NCBI RefSeq assembly: GCF_009834535.1
Contig: NC_045696.1
Span: 65,412,001 to 65,476,000, forward strand
From: Camelus ferus
Lineage: Eukaryota
Direction: 5' to 3'
Length of the DNA stretch: 64,000 nucleotides
The position numbers and the translations under genes were made by a program. The notes beneath the pieces are model-generated. The model was not told the origin of the DNA. It searched no databases and saw only the letters and a program-made list of their open reading frames with translations. Below are positions 24,379-37,949 of the stretch, piece by piece. The first letter of the stretch is position 1, and every line of letters begins with the position of its first letter.

Positions 24379-24879
24379 GTGTCTTTTTGTTCATTAAAAT
24401 TATTATGTCATTGAATTAAGTGAACTTTTTCAGAAATTCTGGAAAAGGGGACTGTACCACCTGACAGTATCCCAGGGAACAGCTTCCTGGAGGGAACTGT
24501 CAAGTATGAAAAGAATTACTAACCTAGCTTGTTAAAAGGAATCTTAAAGAGAGTGCAAGTCACAAGGCTGCAGGCAGATCTGCAGACAGATTATCAAACA
24601 TTAATCATAGAGGGCTTTCCTGAGAAAAGAACAAAAATAACAGTTTGCTGAGGAGTGAAAAGAAATATGGGTCACATTTTATCCTTTAAGCTTAAGATTC
24701 TATTTTAAGCTTGGGAGCTTTCATGTTCCCACTGTCAGAATGTTCCACGCTTTGTATAGAAATATCTCTGTTATCCAGAAGCTTACATCTTTATAACTCA
24801 TTGGCGGTCCCAAAACAATTATAATACTGAATGTTTGTATGTTTCTCTAATAAGGTCTAGAAGTTACTGAGAGCCTAGT

Positions 24880-25290
24880 ATGCATGAGAATTCTTTTAAA
24901 TTTCATATATGTACTAACACGTTTATTTCCAAAAACAACCCTTATATGTAAGAATATTATTTTCTCCACAATGTGGATGAGGACACTTAGGCTCAAAAAA
25001 GGTGAATTAGCTATCCAAGTTTACACAGCTCTTCAAGGCCTGCCTCTCAACTCGTAACTACTGTGCCAGATTTTCTAACTTTTATATATACAAACATATG
25101 ATAGTGTTTTCCCGTAATCCTTACAACATCCCTATAAGGGAATCAAAGCAGGTTTCTTCCCATTTTACAGCTAGGAAAACAAATATGTATTTTGGAAAAT
25201 AACACTGCCTCTCCTCCCCCAGGTAGTTTACGAGCAGAGCCAGAAATAAAAAGTCCTAACTAAACAGTTTAAATCTTTCTTTTTCTACAA
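24880..25290 (-). mobile_element. MIR fragments (two)
   Basis: aacaacccttatatgtaag...gatgaggacacttaggctcaaa and cttacaacatccctataagg...cccattttacagctaggaaaac. Confidence 0.6.
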
Positions 25291-26759
25291 TATTAACCTA
25301 TAATATCCAGAAATCTGCTTTTCCTATTAAGAAAGTCAGCTAGGTCAATGTCATGGGATTTAGTGAGGGAAAACTAATAAAACGTGATTGTAAAATCCTA
25401 GAGAATTGCTGAACGATGCAGTCTACAGTGCTTTCCCTTGCTGGCATACATTCTAGAAATAAATAAATCAGAGAGGCATCCTGTGTTTGTTTGTGGAAGG
25501 GAAGGAGGCATAAGTGGTGATCCATTATGCATTGTTTTCCAGAGTAGGACACAGATCAGCCAGCAGTACCAGAGCCAGATGTTAAATATTCATGAGGTTG
25601 TGGGTGGCTGCCCAGAAAAGGCTGCACTCCAGGGAACGGCATCCCACGCTTTCTTGTCACAAGGTACACTAACTGCACAGAGTCGCAGAGGCTACAACAC
25701 CCTCCAAAGGGGGAAACCCAGGGCCCCCTTCACACAGTCTGGGGTAGTTTCTGCTCAGAAATAGCAGCAAAGCCTGGGAGGGAGAGTCTGATGGAAGCTG
25801 CAAAGGAATTTCCTTTGCAGGGTGCTGGGGAGACGATGGAATTAGTGTCTTACACTGGGCTTTTCACCTAGGAGTCTCATCATTTGCTTTGCCTGTAAGT
25901 CTGATGAAGCTTTTTCAAAACAGCTTCCGTAATAAGGCCAATGTTCATCACAGTTTCTCAAACATTGCTGTAGCTATTATTTTTTTTGTAATTATTGTGG
26001 TTACTTTGTTATTTTTTCCTAAAGGAAACTGTATTTCTAAAAGAATGCATTTGGATCCAAATAACAACTACTCCAAGAAAAAAATCCTTATGGGTATTTT
26101 ATAAGAACTCAGAGAATTCCAGTTTGCTCAAGTAAGGTGGATTATTCTTAAAGAAACATTTATTTTCTAAGACTATGCAAACAAGCTAGATCAGAAAAGG
26201 ATCCTGTAATATGCTAACTACCAGAAGTCAGATCAGATCACCTTAAATATGTTTTCAAATTTATTGACTGGAATATACAGTAGTGAAAAAGTACATTTAA
26301 ATTTGAACAACAAAGAGAAGGGTGAGTCCAGGGAGAGGCAAGAAGAGGAAAAGTTAGAGAGGACAAAGAAACTTTTTTTTTCCCACAAAACAATACTATC
26401 ATTATTATGCATAATGCACCTAATATTTTCTACTCTATTTCATTCCACTTTATATTCTTTGATTCTATTTTTCCCAAGTATTGATCATAATCCCTTAAAT
26501 TCGCTGCATTGTCCACCATCTAGTTTCTTTCTGCAATTTCAAAGAGATGTAAAGAATTCTCTCAACTAAAAAGCTGAATCACATGTTAAAGATAGGTATA
26601 TATTGCTGTATATGATACATATTCCTGGAAAAGAAGCAATTATCAAAGTTTGCTTACATCCAGAGCATATCTGTATAACCCTAAAGGACTGAGGTTCTAT
26701 TTATAAAACTTTTCAGAGTATATGCATCAGGGGATAAAGCCAAGTGCCAGGAATGAGTG

Positions 26760-27745
26760 GCAATAGAAATTAAAAAAAAAAAAAAAAGAACTTCAGATAT
26801 TGCCTTTTCTTTTAGACACAGAATACAACATAAATATAAAACATGTGACTAAAGACATAAAAGAAAAGTTAAAACATGAGCAGGCAAAAGAAGATTTGAA
26901 AATAATCATTTAGAATTTCTAGACGTTAAATATATATATATAATAAGTGTAATTTAAAAATTAACTGGGTAGATTAACTAGAATATTAGATACAACTGAA
27001 GACAGTGAACTAAAGGATAGATCAAAAAAAAAAAAAAAAAGGATCCAGAATGCAGCTAGAGAGTAAAAAATAAGATAGAAAACATGAAAGATTAAGAGAC
27101 ATGGATGTTAGAGTGTAGAGGTCTAATACATAGAACCAGAGTTTAGTTTCAGAAGATGGATGAGGGAAGGGAAAGCAGGCAATGTTTGAAGAAATAAAGG
27201 CTAATAATTTCCTACTGATGTAAAAAATTTATTATCCATCAATTATTCAAATGTTAAGCCCACATATTTAAAAGCCCCAAGAAAGATATATAAAATAAAA
27301 TCCAGCCCTACACACAGCAAAGTAAAATCTATAAAAAAAAAAAAGACAAAAAAGACAAAAAAGTGGTTATATCTAAAAGAAAATATATATATCAAACAAA
27401 AGTTATACTATTTAATTTTGAGCAAAAGCAGGCTAGAACCAAAATTCTGAATAATAGTAGAGTTGGAAGAGGGCAATTAGACTTAAAGTGCCCTTAGATA
27501 AATAATATGTTTAGGGGCATTGGTGTTAGATTTTGTTAGGTTTTGTAGACACATGCAAAGATAATGAGGTAATCTCTAAAATAATAGGTAGTGAGTTTAT
27601 AACTTCTGAAAATAGGCAAGAATTCAAATATGTCAAGGAAGACAAGAAAGAAGGTAGGAAAAGAATTTAAAACAAGACATATGACATTAATACATGGAAA
27701 TTGGTATAAATGAATGCAGATATATGAGAATCATATGTGAATAGG
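26760..27745 (+). mobile_element. Old LINE-1 (L1ME-type) ORF1-region fragment
   Basis: A-rich ORF1-like text (ttagatacaactgaagacagtgaactaaaggatagatc; aatgtttgaagaaataaaggctaataatttcc). Confidence 0.65.
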
Positions 27746-27844
27746 CTTGTGATGGATTGAATATTGCTATCAATTCCTTATTTCTCTCCCTTTGAAAGAT
27801 GGTGTTCCTTTCCCTTCCCACTGAACCTGGGCTAGCTTTGAGAT

Positions 27845-28655
27845 TGTTGTTGAAACGTGGCCTTCATACCCCACTTAATGAATTGAGAATCAAAGACAGA
27901 GTTTTGGATAAAGGAGAAAAGGCAACTTTACTTCTTTGCCAGGTAAAGGAGGTCACAGTGGGCTAATGATTCTAAAACTGTGAGCCTGCTGGGGAGAGAA
28001 GGCAGGGGGTTTTATAGTAAAAGCTCAAGAGTTCAAGGGGTGGAATTAGTTTACAAAGAGATTGTAAACAGGGTAACAAATTGTTGCAAAGTTGTTCTTA
28101 TTTTTGCAGATGCTGTGGTCCCCTTTCCTCTACTGGGTATGAAGTTCACTTCCAGCTTTGGGACTCTCTTGTACCTAGAACAAAGGATATGTAGGAAGGT
28201 GCTCTATGGAAAAGAGCTCTAAAGAAAAACTCGCACAGTTTAAAGTCAGGTTGACAAATGCTTTTAGCCTTTTAAGCAGGCTAAAGCCTGGGGTCTCCTG
28301 CTGCAGGATGAGGCCTGCTACTCAAACAATAGGATACAAGGAAACCACAAGGGATCGGGAGCAGGGAACTGGGGTCCAGAGGAGAGCACTGGGGTCAGGA
28401 GCAAGGCACTTGGGTCAGGAGCAAGGCGCTGGGGTCAGGAGCAGGGCACTGGGGACACAGGCAGTGCACTGAGCGTGATCTCTGCAAGCAGCACCAGCAC
28501 TACGAGGGGGTTGAGCAGACCACTCAAGCCTAACCCTGGTCAGCAAGAGCATGAGAAAACCCCTTTCAGCCTTTATACAGTTAAGCAGTTACAAAGACCA
28601 TTACATTTGTCAGATGGTCACCAATGACAATAGGGCCCTTCTTGGTTACAAGACA
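27845..28655 (-). mobile_element. ERV LTR-type element inserted in MLT1, carrying a 20-bp minisatellite
   Basis: tgttgttgaaacgtggcc...agacagagttttggataaaggagaaaag...ctttgccaggtaaaggaggtcacagtgggctaatg reads as the antisense of an LTR U5/R end; ends ...cttaaaca. It may be a composite of two LTR pieces. Confidence 0.65.
28351..28460. repeat. 20-bp tandem minisatellite, ~5.5 copies (consensus ggggtcaggagcaaggcact)
   Basis: Units start at 28351, 28371, 28391, 28411, 28431 and 28451. Confidence 0.92.
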
Positions 28656-29199
28656 GCTTAAACAATAGAATTCAGCAGAAGTGGCATAAGCTTGCAAGCT
28701 TAGCCTTTAAAAGAACTACCAGCATTTACTTCCTGATCCTTGGAACACTCATAATTGGAATGCTCCTGTGTAGAGCCCAGTTGCTGTGTAGAGCCCAAGC
28801 AGCATGGAGAGGCCCAGTGCAGACTCTTGTTCCAGGTAAGTCTCAAATTTAAGTCCTACCTGACAATCATGTGAGTGAGCTTCTTGGATGTTCCAGCCCA
28901 GTGGAACCTCCCTCCCCTCAGGTAATTTTGTATAATCAATGTGGAGCAGAAGAGCTGCCCAGGTGAGCCCAGTAAACCCACAGACATAAAAGATGATAAA
29001 ATGTGGCAGAGTAAGATTTCAGACCTAGGGCATGATTCTATTTCAGATCCAGGACATGTGATTCTAGACCCCAAGCTCTTAACCTCTTAAAGTGCTGCAT
29101 CTCATCATATAGTGAGCACTTAATATGTGCCAGGCTCTGTTCTTTACACTCTTAAACACAACACCTTGCTACTTTCTCTAGGAGAAAATGAGATAAAAA

Positions 29200-31170
29200 C
29201 TTTAAACAGAGAAATATATGCTACATCAATGTCAATCAAAAACAAGCTCGATTAACCCAAAATTGTTCAACAAAGAACCAGGAAAATGTGATCCATTCTC
29301 AAGATAATAGACAATCAACAAATGCCAACTGAAAAATGACCTAGAGGTTGGAATTATCAAAGGCTTTAGAAAAACATTTATAACTGTGTTCCAAGAGGTA
29401 AAGAAAAGCATATATACTTGAAATAAATGACAAGAAAGTATTAGCAGAGAAATTGAAAATAAATAAAAGCATCAAATGGAAAATACAGTATCTGTTACAA
29501 AGAAATGGATTATCTCACTAGCAGAATGTATATAAGAGAGAAAAGTCATTGAACTTGAAAATAAATAAATAAAAAATACCAATAATTTTCCTTCTACCAG
29601 AGGACCTTAATATTTTGTATAGTGTAGGCCTGCTGGTGATGAGTTCTTCCAATGTTTAAGTGTCTGAAAATTCCTTTATTTTGCATTCCTTTAAACATAT
29701 TTTTCTAGTTATGGAAGTTTAGGTTGATGGCTTCTTTCTTTCAGTAGTTGAAAAGACAATGGTCCACAGTCTTCTCATTTCTTTCCCATATAAAATTTGC
29801 TATCATCCTTATCATTGCTTCTTTGTAAGTAAAGTAACATATGTTTTCTTCTCTGGCTGCTTTTTAGGTTTTTCTCTTCATTGATGGTTTTGAACTGTTA
29901 GATTATGATGTACTACTTTCCCCCCCAAAGAGTTTACTGAGCCTCTTGTATCTGCAGACTTAGAATTTTTGTCAAATTTTGATAATGTTTGGCCATTATT
30001 TCTTCAAGTATTTTTTCCTGTCCCCATCTCTCACTTCTCATTTAAATATTCAAATTAAGTGTATGTTGGGTTGACTGCAGTTGTCCAACAGCTCACTGAT
30101 GTTCTGTCCTTTCTTCATTATTATTCTCTGTGTATGTGTGTTTCATTTTGATAATTTCTATTGCTATTCACTATGTCTTCAAATTCAGTGATACTTACTT
30201 TTCTAATTCACTTCTAGTGTCTACAATAAACATATATTGCTTATAAAATTAGAACAAAAACAAGTGTCATTAAAAATGTAAAAAACAATTGACCATAAAT
30301 GTATAACTTTATTTCTGGACTTTCAATTTTATTTCATTGATCTGTATGTCTGTACTTATATCAGTACCATATAGTCCTGATTATTGTAACTCTGTAGTAA
30401 GCTCTAAATCAGGAAGTGTGACTCTCTGGCATTCTTTTTCTTTTCCAATATTGTTTTTCACTATTCTGGGTCCCTTGTATTTCCATATGAGGTAAGGGGT
30501 TAGTACTTTCTCAGGCCTTTCCTGAGCAGATAAACAGCCCTGCTCATAAAAGTGGACTTCAAGATTTCCAAGATTATGCCAAATATTGTCAAAGCATATT
30601 ATGGACATCTCATTCCTCAATTTTTTCTCTTTTCAGTCAAAACTTTTGTTAACCACAACTGGTAGTGCCAGCTCTGGCAGCTGCATTGGCAAAAAAAAAA
30701 AAAAAAAAAAAAAAGTTGCTCCTGAATGTTTCTAGAAAATGCCCTGGGAAGAGAGCTGTTTACAGAGTGAGTTCTGACCAAGATCAAATAAGGAAAAGCC
30801 CTAGGAATGATGCTTTTCAGCTTCCACTTCTAGACAAGTCAAACAGTGACACTTCTCTGGGGATGGGGCTTTGGGGGATTTTTAAACCTGTTCTGTCTCC
30901 TCCAGTGCCTGCTAGGCTGCTGGTAATGCTGTTGATTTTCAAGGCTGTCACAGAGTTAGAGAAAGGGGGTGGAATTAGGGCAATTTAAAAACACAACAAA
31001 GTTCAGTGTTATTACTGAGAAAATAGCTGTTTTTCTTAAACAACACTCTTTGAAATATTTCAAGAATTTAGTAAATTTCTAGAGTTCTGAAAAAGTAATT
31101 TTGACACATTTTGACAATGTTCTCATCACTTTTACAGAGAGCGAGATTTTTCTGAGGTCCTTAATCTGCC
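29200..31170. mobile_element. Cluster of old LINE-1 fragments in mixed orientation (+ ~29200-29580; - ~29580-30490; L1-like ~30490-31170)
   Basis: Sense ORF1 start region (ttggaattatcaaaggcttt; gaacttgaaaataaat), antisense ORF1 (gtaggcctgctggtgatgagttct) and antisense ORF2 (cattgatctgtatgtctgtactt...attctgggtcccttg). Confidence 0.7.
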
Positions 31171-32352
31171 ATTCCAGAGCTTTTATCCCTGATTGGAGTT
31201 TAAGTCCCCTACAGGGCTATAGCTAATCTGGATTCCTCACAAGATTTTTCCCTTTAGGTTTCATTTGCTAATCTCCTGCTTCTTCTTCACTCTGGGGTCT
31301 TATTTTGTTGTTTTCAAGGCAGAGAATTTTTTTAATGTATCTTTTAACCTACAAATCCATATATTTCAGATGGGAAGGGTACTTTTCTGAATGAATTCTA
31401 CATACAATACTGAACAAAAGTTTAAAAACACTTCTAAAAATAATGCAAGAAATTTGGTAAGGTGAGATGTTTTGATCAAGAATTTTGACAAACTCTTCAG
31501 TGGTGGTTAAGAGATGAGATCCATAGCAAAGGTGGAAAGCATAACTCTTGGTCAGGAAAAGAGCCAACTCTTTTAATACAATGGAAAAAAGAACAGGAAT
31601 AGTAATAACAGAATACCAAGAAGTCTAGGATTGAGGGGAAAGGCAGTTAAGGAAGATCCTGTCTTATGATATATTTTTTCTGTGATTGGAATGTAGAAAA
31701 AGGTTGGAAATGGTAGAATATGTTCTTGAAAATCATGAAGCCATGTTGAAAAGATAAATGTGAAGGATGGAGGGAGAAACCCAGGGTTTTAGAGAATAAT
31801 ATTTCTCGGCTTTGACAACATAGTAAAAGTGGAAATCATAAATCTGAAATGTCAATAATGTACACCATTGCATGATTTAATATAATACTGAATGCCACTG
31901 AGGCTCAAGTCATGTGAAATTCCTTCCTTTTCCACAAATACATTATGTTCTTTTAGACTTTCATGACTTGTTCAATGCCCTTCTCCAGTTATCTATAATA
32001 CAGAGTATCTAGTCTTCCTTCATCTCTCATTTGCTTCTCTCCAAGGGGGACTTAAGCTGTACCTGATTAATGAGTTAAATAAAGAGCCATAACATTTATG
32101 CTAACTGTATCTCAGATCACCCTTCATGTACATAACCCTACTCTGGTGGAGTACACTCACAGGAATAGGTCTTTCCAGTTTTGTATAGAAATAAGCAGTT
32201 TTTAACTTCTTTCTAGAAGAGTTCTTAACTGTGATGTGTTTGGATAAATCAATTCCTTTAGAAGATGGGTAATTAAGAAGCACATTTTCATATCTGATCC
32301 AAGCTCCATTCTCTAATAAATCTTTACCAGTAGGAAAAGATAGATTGATCCC

Positions 32353-32699
32353 TGTTTTAATCAGTTCAGGCTGTTATAAAATATTACCATAGAGTGGGTA
32401 GCTTATCAAGAACAGAAATTTATTTCTCACAGTCTGGAGGCTGGAAAGTTCAAGATCAAGTTGCCCACTGAGTCAGTGTGTAGTACAAGCCTACGTCCTG
32501 GTGCACACACAGTCTTCTAGCTCTATCTTTACACGGAGGAAAGGGGAAAGGAGCTCTGTGGGTCTCTTTTACTAAGAGCATTAATCCTATTTTTAAGGGT
32601 TCCACCCTCATGACCTAATTACTTTCCAAATGCTCCACCTCCAAATATTATCACAATTGGCATTAATGAATTTGGGGGTCACACAGTCAGCCCATAACA
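32353..32699 (-). mobile_element. MLT1A-like MaLR solo LTR with 5-bp TSD
   Basis: TG...CA termini; acagaaatttatttctcacagtctggaggctgg...caagatcaag. ATCCC is duplicated at 32348-32352 and 32700-32704. Confidence 0.92.
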
Positions 32700-33170
32700 A
32701 TCCCCTTTTTATCATTTCAGGTTGTATGTTGTTAACATCCTCAAATGCCAGCAGACTTCTTTAATAGAAATTTTAACCCATTATTGGTCTCCCTTGTGGA
32801 CATATCTGTTGCTCTATACTAGGCTTTTAGCACCTTGAGTACAGCAAACATGCCGGTCACTATTGAATAGTCAGTACCAAATCAAGTGACCAAAACAGAG
32901 TAGGCACACTGTAATTGTTGATTGAAGTAGAAAGCAATTTCCTTATTTTAAAAAAGGGAAGAATGTACAGATTTCAAAGACAGACCCCCACATCCTATTT
33001 TTTATGCGTTTTCCGTAAGAAACTGCTAAACAAAGCAATATATTATAAAAAGAGGCTTATAGGGAAAAGATAGATATAGCACAAACAACAGATAGATATA
33101 CTTTCTTTCCATGACTCTAAATAAAAGGTCAGTTTGAAATATCATGCATTCCAGCTTCAAAGAAGTGAAG

Positions 33171-34020
33171 AACATGAAAAGATGCTCAACACCACCAATT
33201 GTTAGAGAAATGCAAATCAAAACTACAATGAGATATCACCTTACACCAGTCAGAATGGCCATTGTTAAAACATCTACAAACGATAAATGCTGGAGAGGGA
33301 GTGGCGAAAAAGGAACCCTCCTACACTTTTGGTAGGAAAGTAAATTAGTGCAGCTACTGTGGAGGACAGTATGGAGGCTCCTTAAAACACTAAAGATAGA
33401 CTTACCTTATGATCCAGTAATCCCACTCCTGGGCATATATCTGGGAAAAAACATAATTCAAAAAGACACATGCACCCCAATGTTCACAGCAGCACTATTT
33501 ACAATAGCCAAGACATGGGAACAACCCAAATGTCCATCGATAGATGACTGGATAAAGAGGATGTGGTATACGCGCACACACACGCACACATACATTACAG
33601 ACTACTACTCAGACATAAAATAGGATAAAATAATGCCATTTGCAGCAACAAGGATGGACCTAGAGATTGTCATTTTGAGTGAAGTCAGGCAGAAAGAGAA
33701 AGAAGAATACTATATAATATCACTTATATGTGGAATCTAAAAAAAAAAAGGACACAAATGATCTTATCCACAAAACAGAAACAGACTCACAGACGTAGAA
33801 AACAAACTTATGGTTACCAGGGGGTAAAGGTAGTGGGAAGGGATAAATTGGGAATTTGAAAATTGCATCTCTTGGGGAGTGATGTAAATGTTAGCTATCT
33901 TGATTGTGGTGGTGGTTTCGGTGGTGTATGCATCCATCAAAATTCATCACATTGTACATCTGAAGTATGTGTAGTTGACTGTACAAGAACCATACCACAA
34001 TAAAGGTGTTTTAAAAAAAG
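33171..34020 (+). mobile_element. LINE-1 ORF2 end/3'UTR (33171-33868) joined to an older L1 3' end (33870-34020)
   Basis: ORFs 33144-33335 and 33348-33623 translate to the L1 ORF2p C-terminus ([49 protein letters not shown]). Confidence 0.92.
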
Positions 34021-35254
34021 AAGAATATCTTTACATACTTCTATGTAAATGATCTCTAGGGTATATTAAAATGAATAGATAAAGGTGGAGAAAATTTACA
34101 TAAAATGCTACTTTTTAGATAAGAACTGGGAAATATGAGTGCATGTAAGCATGCATTTATATTAACAAGATATGTAATAAAAACTTGGCAAGTAAACATG
34201 TAATAATTAGCCTCCAGTTAACTTATAGAGGTTAAATTTTCCTTACCTACAACTTTCAGTTGTTTCATTTTACCCACGCAAGTGTATGCGTCCCTTAAAA
34301 AGACACTTCTAAAGTCGTCTTTTTCTGATCATATTATTATCTGCAACAAACGTGTGATCTTCTCCTTGAAGAGTGCAGGTGTTTGTATGTGATATCTGAC
34401 ACTTGGGTTGCTAGGGTAACAGTCTGCTCCTCGGGAATGAAAAAGAAACAAGTACTAGAGTAAAAAGATATGCGAATAGACCAGCTACAAAGCCTATTTG
34501 AAAAAAAAATTATGTCTTGTTCCAATACTGAGTGAAACACAGGTAAATCAGGAAATGGGAACTCTTAGACTCATATTTTTCAGCTTCTCCCTGCATTTGA
34601 GGGAGTTTCTCCCATGTTACTTACCCTAATACTTTCTCCTTCACCTCTCAGATAAAACTTGCACCTTTATTTGCTTAAGGTGTGAATAATTGTTTACAGC
34701 TTGTAAAGTGTAACTTTTCTCCAAAAGTTGTTTTCTTTTAAACTGAAAAGGTAAAAGAGAACTCACCCCCACGTTCTCTGCCTCTCCCCCTGCCAACCCA
34801 GGACTTTCCAAGAGACACTGAAATGATACTACTTAGGTGCTCTTTGCTCAAGCCAGATATTTAGCTCTTTGTTCCCCTGATATTATTGCCTGAATATTAC
34901 TATTCCAAAATCATCCTTTCTGAGTTGGTAATATTGATTCTGAAATTTAAGATTAATTTCAAGAGATGCACAAAATTATGTAGAGAAAAAAAATCAACCG
35001 AGTCCTAATAGCCTCCATTTACTATTAGTGACTTATCTATCTAATCAAGGACAAGCCAATACTTTTAAAAGTTAGTTTCATCTCTGAAATGAGGTAGAAG
35101 GTGGAGAAGCTGGATTAAATGTGGTGATTATATCTATTTTCTTGAACTATTTATTTTAATTTCTCTCATTCAAATTTTTGTTCAGATACTATAGACATAT
35201 TTTCCAACTTATTTTCTGCTCTAGTATTTTGTAAATTACTTTTTACAATAACTT

Positions 35255-35655
35255 CTTTTTTATTGAAGTATAGTTGATTTACATTGTTGTGTTAGTTTCT
35301 GGCGTACAGCATAGTAATTAAGTTTTACATATTCATATTCTTGTTCATATTCTTTTTCATTATAGGTTATTACAAAATATTGAATGTAGTTCCCTGTGCT
35401 ATACAGTAGGAACTTATTGTTTATCTACTTCACATATAATAGTTTATATTTGCCAATTCCAAACTCCTAATTTATCCCTCCCTACCCTTTTCCCTTTGGT
35501 AACCATAAGTTTATTTTCTATGTCTGTGAGTCTCTTTCTGTTTGTAAATAAGTTCATTTGGATCACTTTTTTTCTTTTTAGATTCCACATATAAGTGATA
35601 TCATATGATATTTGTCTTTCTATGTCTGACTTAATTCAAATAGTATGATAATCTC
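35255..35655 (-). mobile_element. Young LINE-1 3'UTR insertion
   Basis: tttttattgaagtatagttgatttaca...ttagattccacatataagtgatatcatatg. Probable TSD acaataa(c/t)tt at 35245 and 35656. Confidence 0.9.
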
Positions 35656-36109
35656 ACAATAATTTTTAATGAAAAAATTAACATGTGATTTCCCCTATAT
35701 GATATTAAAATACATTTGAAAGTCAAGAAATTTAGGTGTGATATTAGTTTAAGAAAGTTCTCATGGCTTAATGCAGCAAAATTACAAAATAGAACTTGAC
35801 TTCAGTTACCTTAGAATTCGGAAACTCACTAGTAAGACAGCAACAAAATACAAAAGAAAATAAATTCATAAGTGTGCTGAGATTAGGAGAGGAAGATATG
35901 AGAAATCCAAAAAAAAGTTTAGAAGACATTAGGTGCAAAGAATTGTTTTGACAGGAACTGGAATTAATCAGTGAGCAAGAACACCCTCAGTTTCATGCAT
36001 TGTGCAGTTTCACATCTAGGTCATCTTTGTCATCTCTGGGACTTTGCATAAATAATTCTTTTTGTCTGAAACAACTCCAGCGTTTTTTAAACCTGTCCTC
36101 ATTGCTTTT

Positions 36110-36670
36110 GGAGTGAAACAGAATATAATCCAAATTCTCCACCTCATCTAAAGGCCCCATAAGAGCCAGCCTCTTCCCAACTCTCCAGTCTCATCTCAAC
36201 CATCTCTCTTGCTCCCTAGTTCCAGCAACACCCAGCCCTCTTCACACTCCAGTAGACACCAAGTTCTTTAATGTTTCCACCTTTCTGTACATGCTATTCT
36301 TCCCACTTAGAAGTTTGATTCTTTCTTTCATTCTTCACCTAGTCACCTTCTATACATCCATCACACCTCATTTCACATATCATTACCTCAGGGAAAGTCT
36401 TTTCAAATTCATCCCTACATTGGACCAAGGACTCTATTATATGTTTGCACAGCACCCTGTAATTTTTCTTTATAGCTTTTATTATATTTTTCAAATCATA
36501 TGCATTTATATGGTTTTTTAAAAATCCATATCCATCATCCATTGTGAGATTTGAAAATCCATGGAGGCATGGTTACTTTCCTTGACAAGAGATCGAATCT
36601 TCTAGAAACTCCAGCATATAGCAGAACAACTGACATACCAGTCTTTTGATAAACACATTTAATAAGTTGT
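36110..36670 (+). mobile_element. L2 3' fragment
   Basis: atccaaattctccacctcatctaaaggccc...catatcattacctcagggaaagtctttt...atccatggaggcatgg. Confidence 0.65.
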
Positions 36671-37949
36671 ATTAATAATTTGCAGTTAAAGAAATATTAT
36701 CTGATGAGAAAAGCATTGCCATTCTTTCTATCTTCTCATCCCAAAAATATACAGTAGGCTGATATGTCTCCAAAACTTCTACATACGCTTTTAAAAAGCT
36801 TATGGCAGATTAAATGAGCTAATATCCATAAACACCTAGATTGGCTCAGTATTCAACACATAATTGGAATTCATTTCTCATTACATGTCTTAAATCATTT
36901 CTCACACGACGTAACATAATAAAAGTTCAAATAAAAGCCTCTCTTTTCATTGTAATTGCATATAAAGTGTTGTTGGTAAAGGATTTTAAAATGTGTAATT
37001 TAAAGCATTCACCTCTCTTCTAATATTTTTTTCTCCCAAAAAGCTGAAGTCATATTCAGAAAGTGATGAAAATCAGGAGTTTGGTCTCCAGAACCACTAT
37101 GCAATTTTAGCAATCTTTGTGTGAATATCAATTTCTGTATATTTAGAGGTGATCAAATCTATAGGATTTTCCCTGTTTACATTTAATTGTTCTCTCCTGA
37201 AGGCATGAGCTAATGAATGCACAGGGCCTCAGAATTTCATTTGTGCAACTACATGCTTTCCTCTGTGATTTTCTTGTGGAAACTGTATATTTGAAACTCT
37301 GTGCAACAAACACATTCTCTATGTTAAATGCAAACAACTACCTCATTTTTAAAGACAGAATAATTCTCCCTAGTATTGGTGCTGTTTAAGAGTATATCTT
37401 TTCAATTTCATACAATAAAGTCTGCATATTATATGTCTCATAAGATATTTTGACACTTCTTAACTTTTTGGATCTTCAAAAAATCCTCCAGGATTGCTGG
37501 ACAGGGTCTATATTTCTGTCCTACAGATGAAGAATCTGAAGTCCAGACAGACTGATTTGCCAAAGGTTGTTCTTGCAGTACTGAATATAAGGTTGCAAAG
37601 TATAGTTCTATTTTCTGCTCCAACATAGGTTCTAACATGGTATGTGTCCTGGATTGCATTACGAATTATAAATATATGCATATATATTTCAAATAGCACA
37701 AACTTCATTCCCTGAAGATGGTGGGTCTCAAAAATATCTTGCTTTCTATTGAAATGTAAGGGGAAAATGGTGGTTTTGTTGTGGGAGTGTTTTCTCTTTT
37801 TTCTAACCTTTACAAAATCAAACAATTATTTCTCAATCCACTATGCTGCTATTTGAACTGGTTGAGACAATTTGGCTGCTAGAAAATTATTCTTTTATCC
37901 CAGGGAAAAACCTTTGAGAGTGGTATTCTGATTATTTAAATATTTTGAG

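Larger units (their letters stand above)
27748..29010 (+). mobile_element. MaLR LTR (MLT1) split in two (27748-27844 and ~28656-29010) by a younger LTR
   Basis: tgtgatggattgaatattg...ctgaacctgggctagctttg | aatagaattcagcagaagtg...gagcagaagagctgcccaggtgagcccag. Confidence 0.7.

Noticed and set aside
25438..25764. 108-aa ORF in moderately GC-rich unique DNA
   Set aside because: Non-ATG start, no recognisable homology and weak donor. It may be regulatory DNA, but there is no support for coding.
28351..28460. CRISPR-like array
   Set aside because: Head-to-tail repeats without unique spacers, in mammalian DNA with no cas genes.
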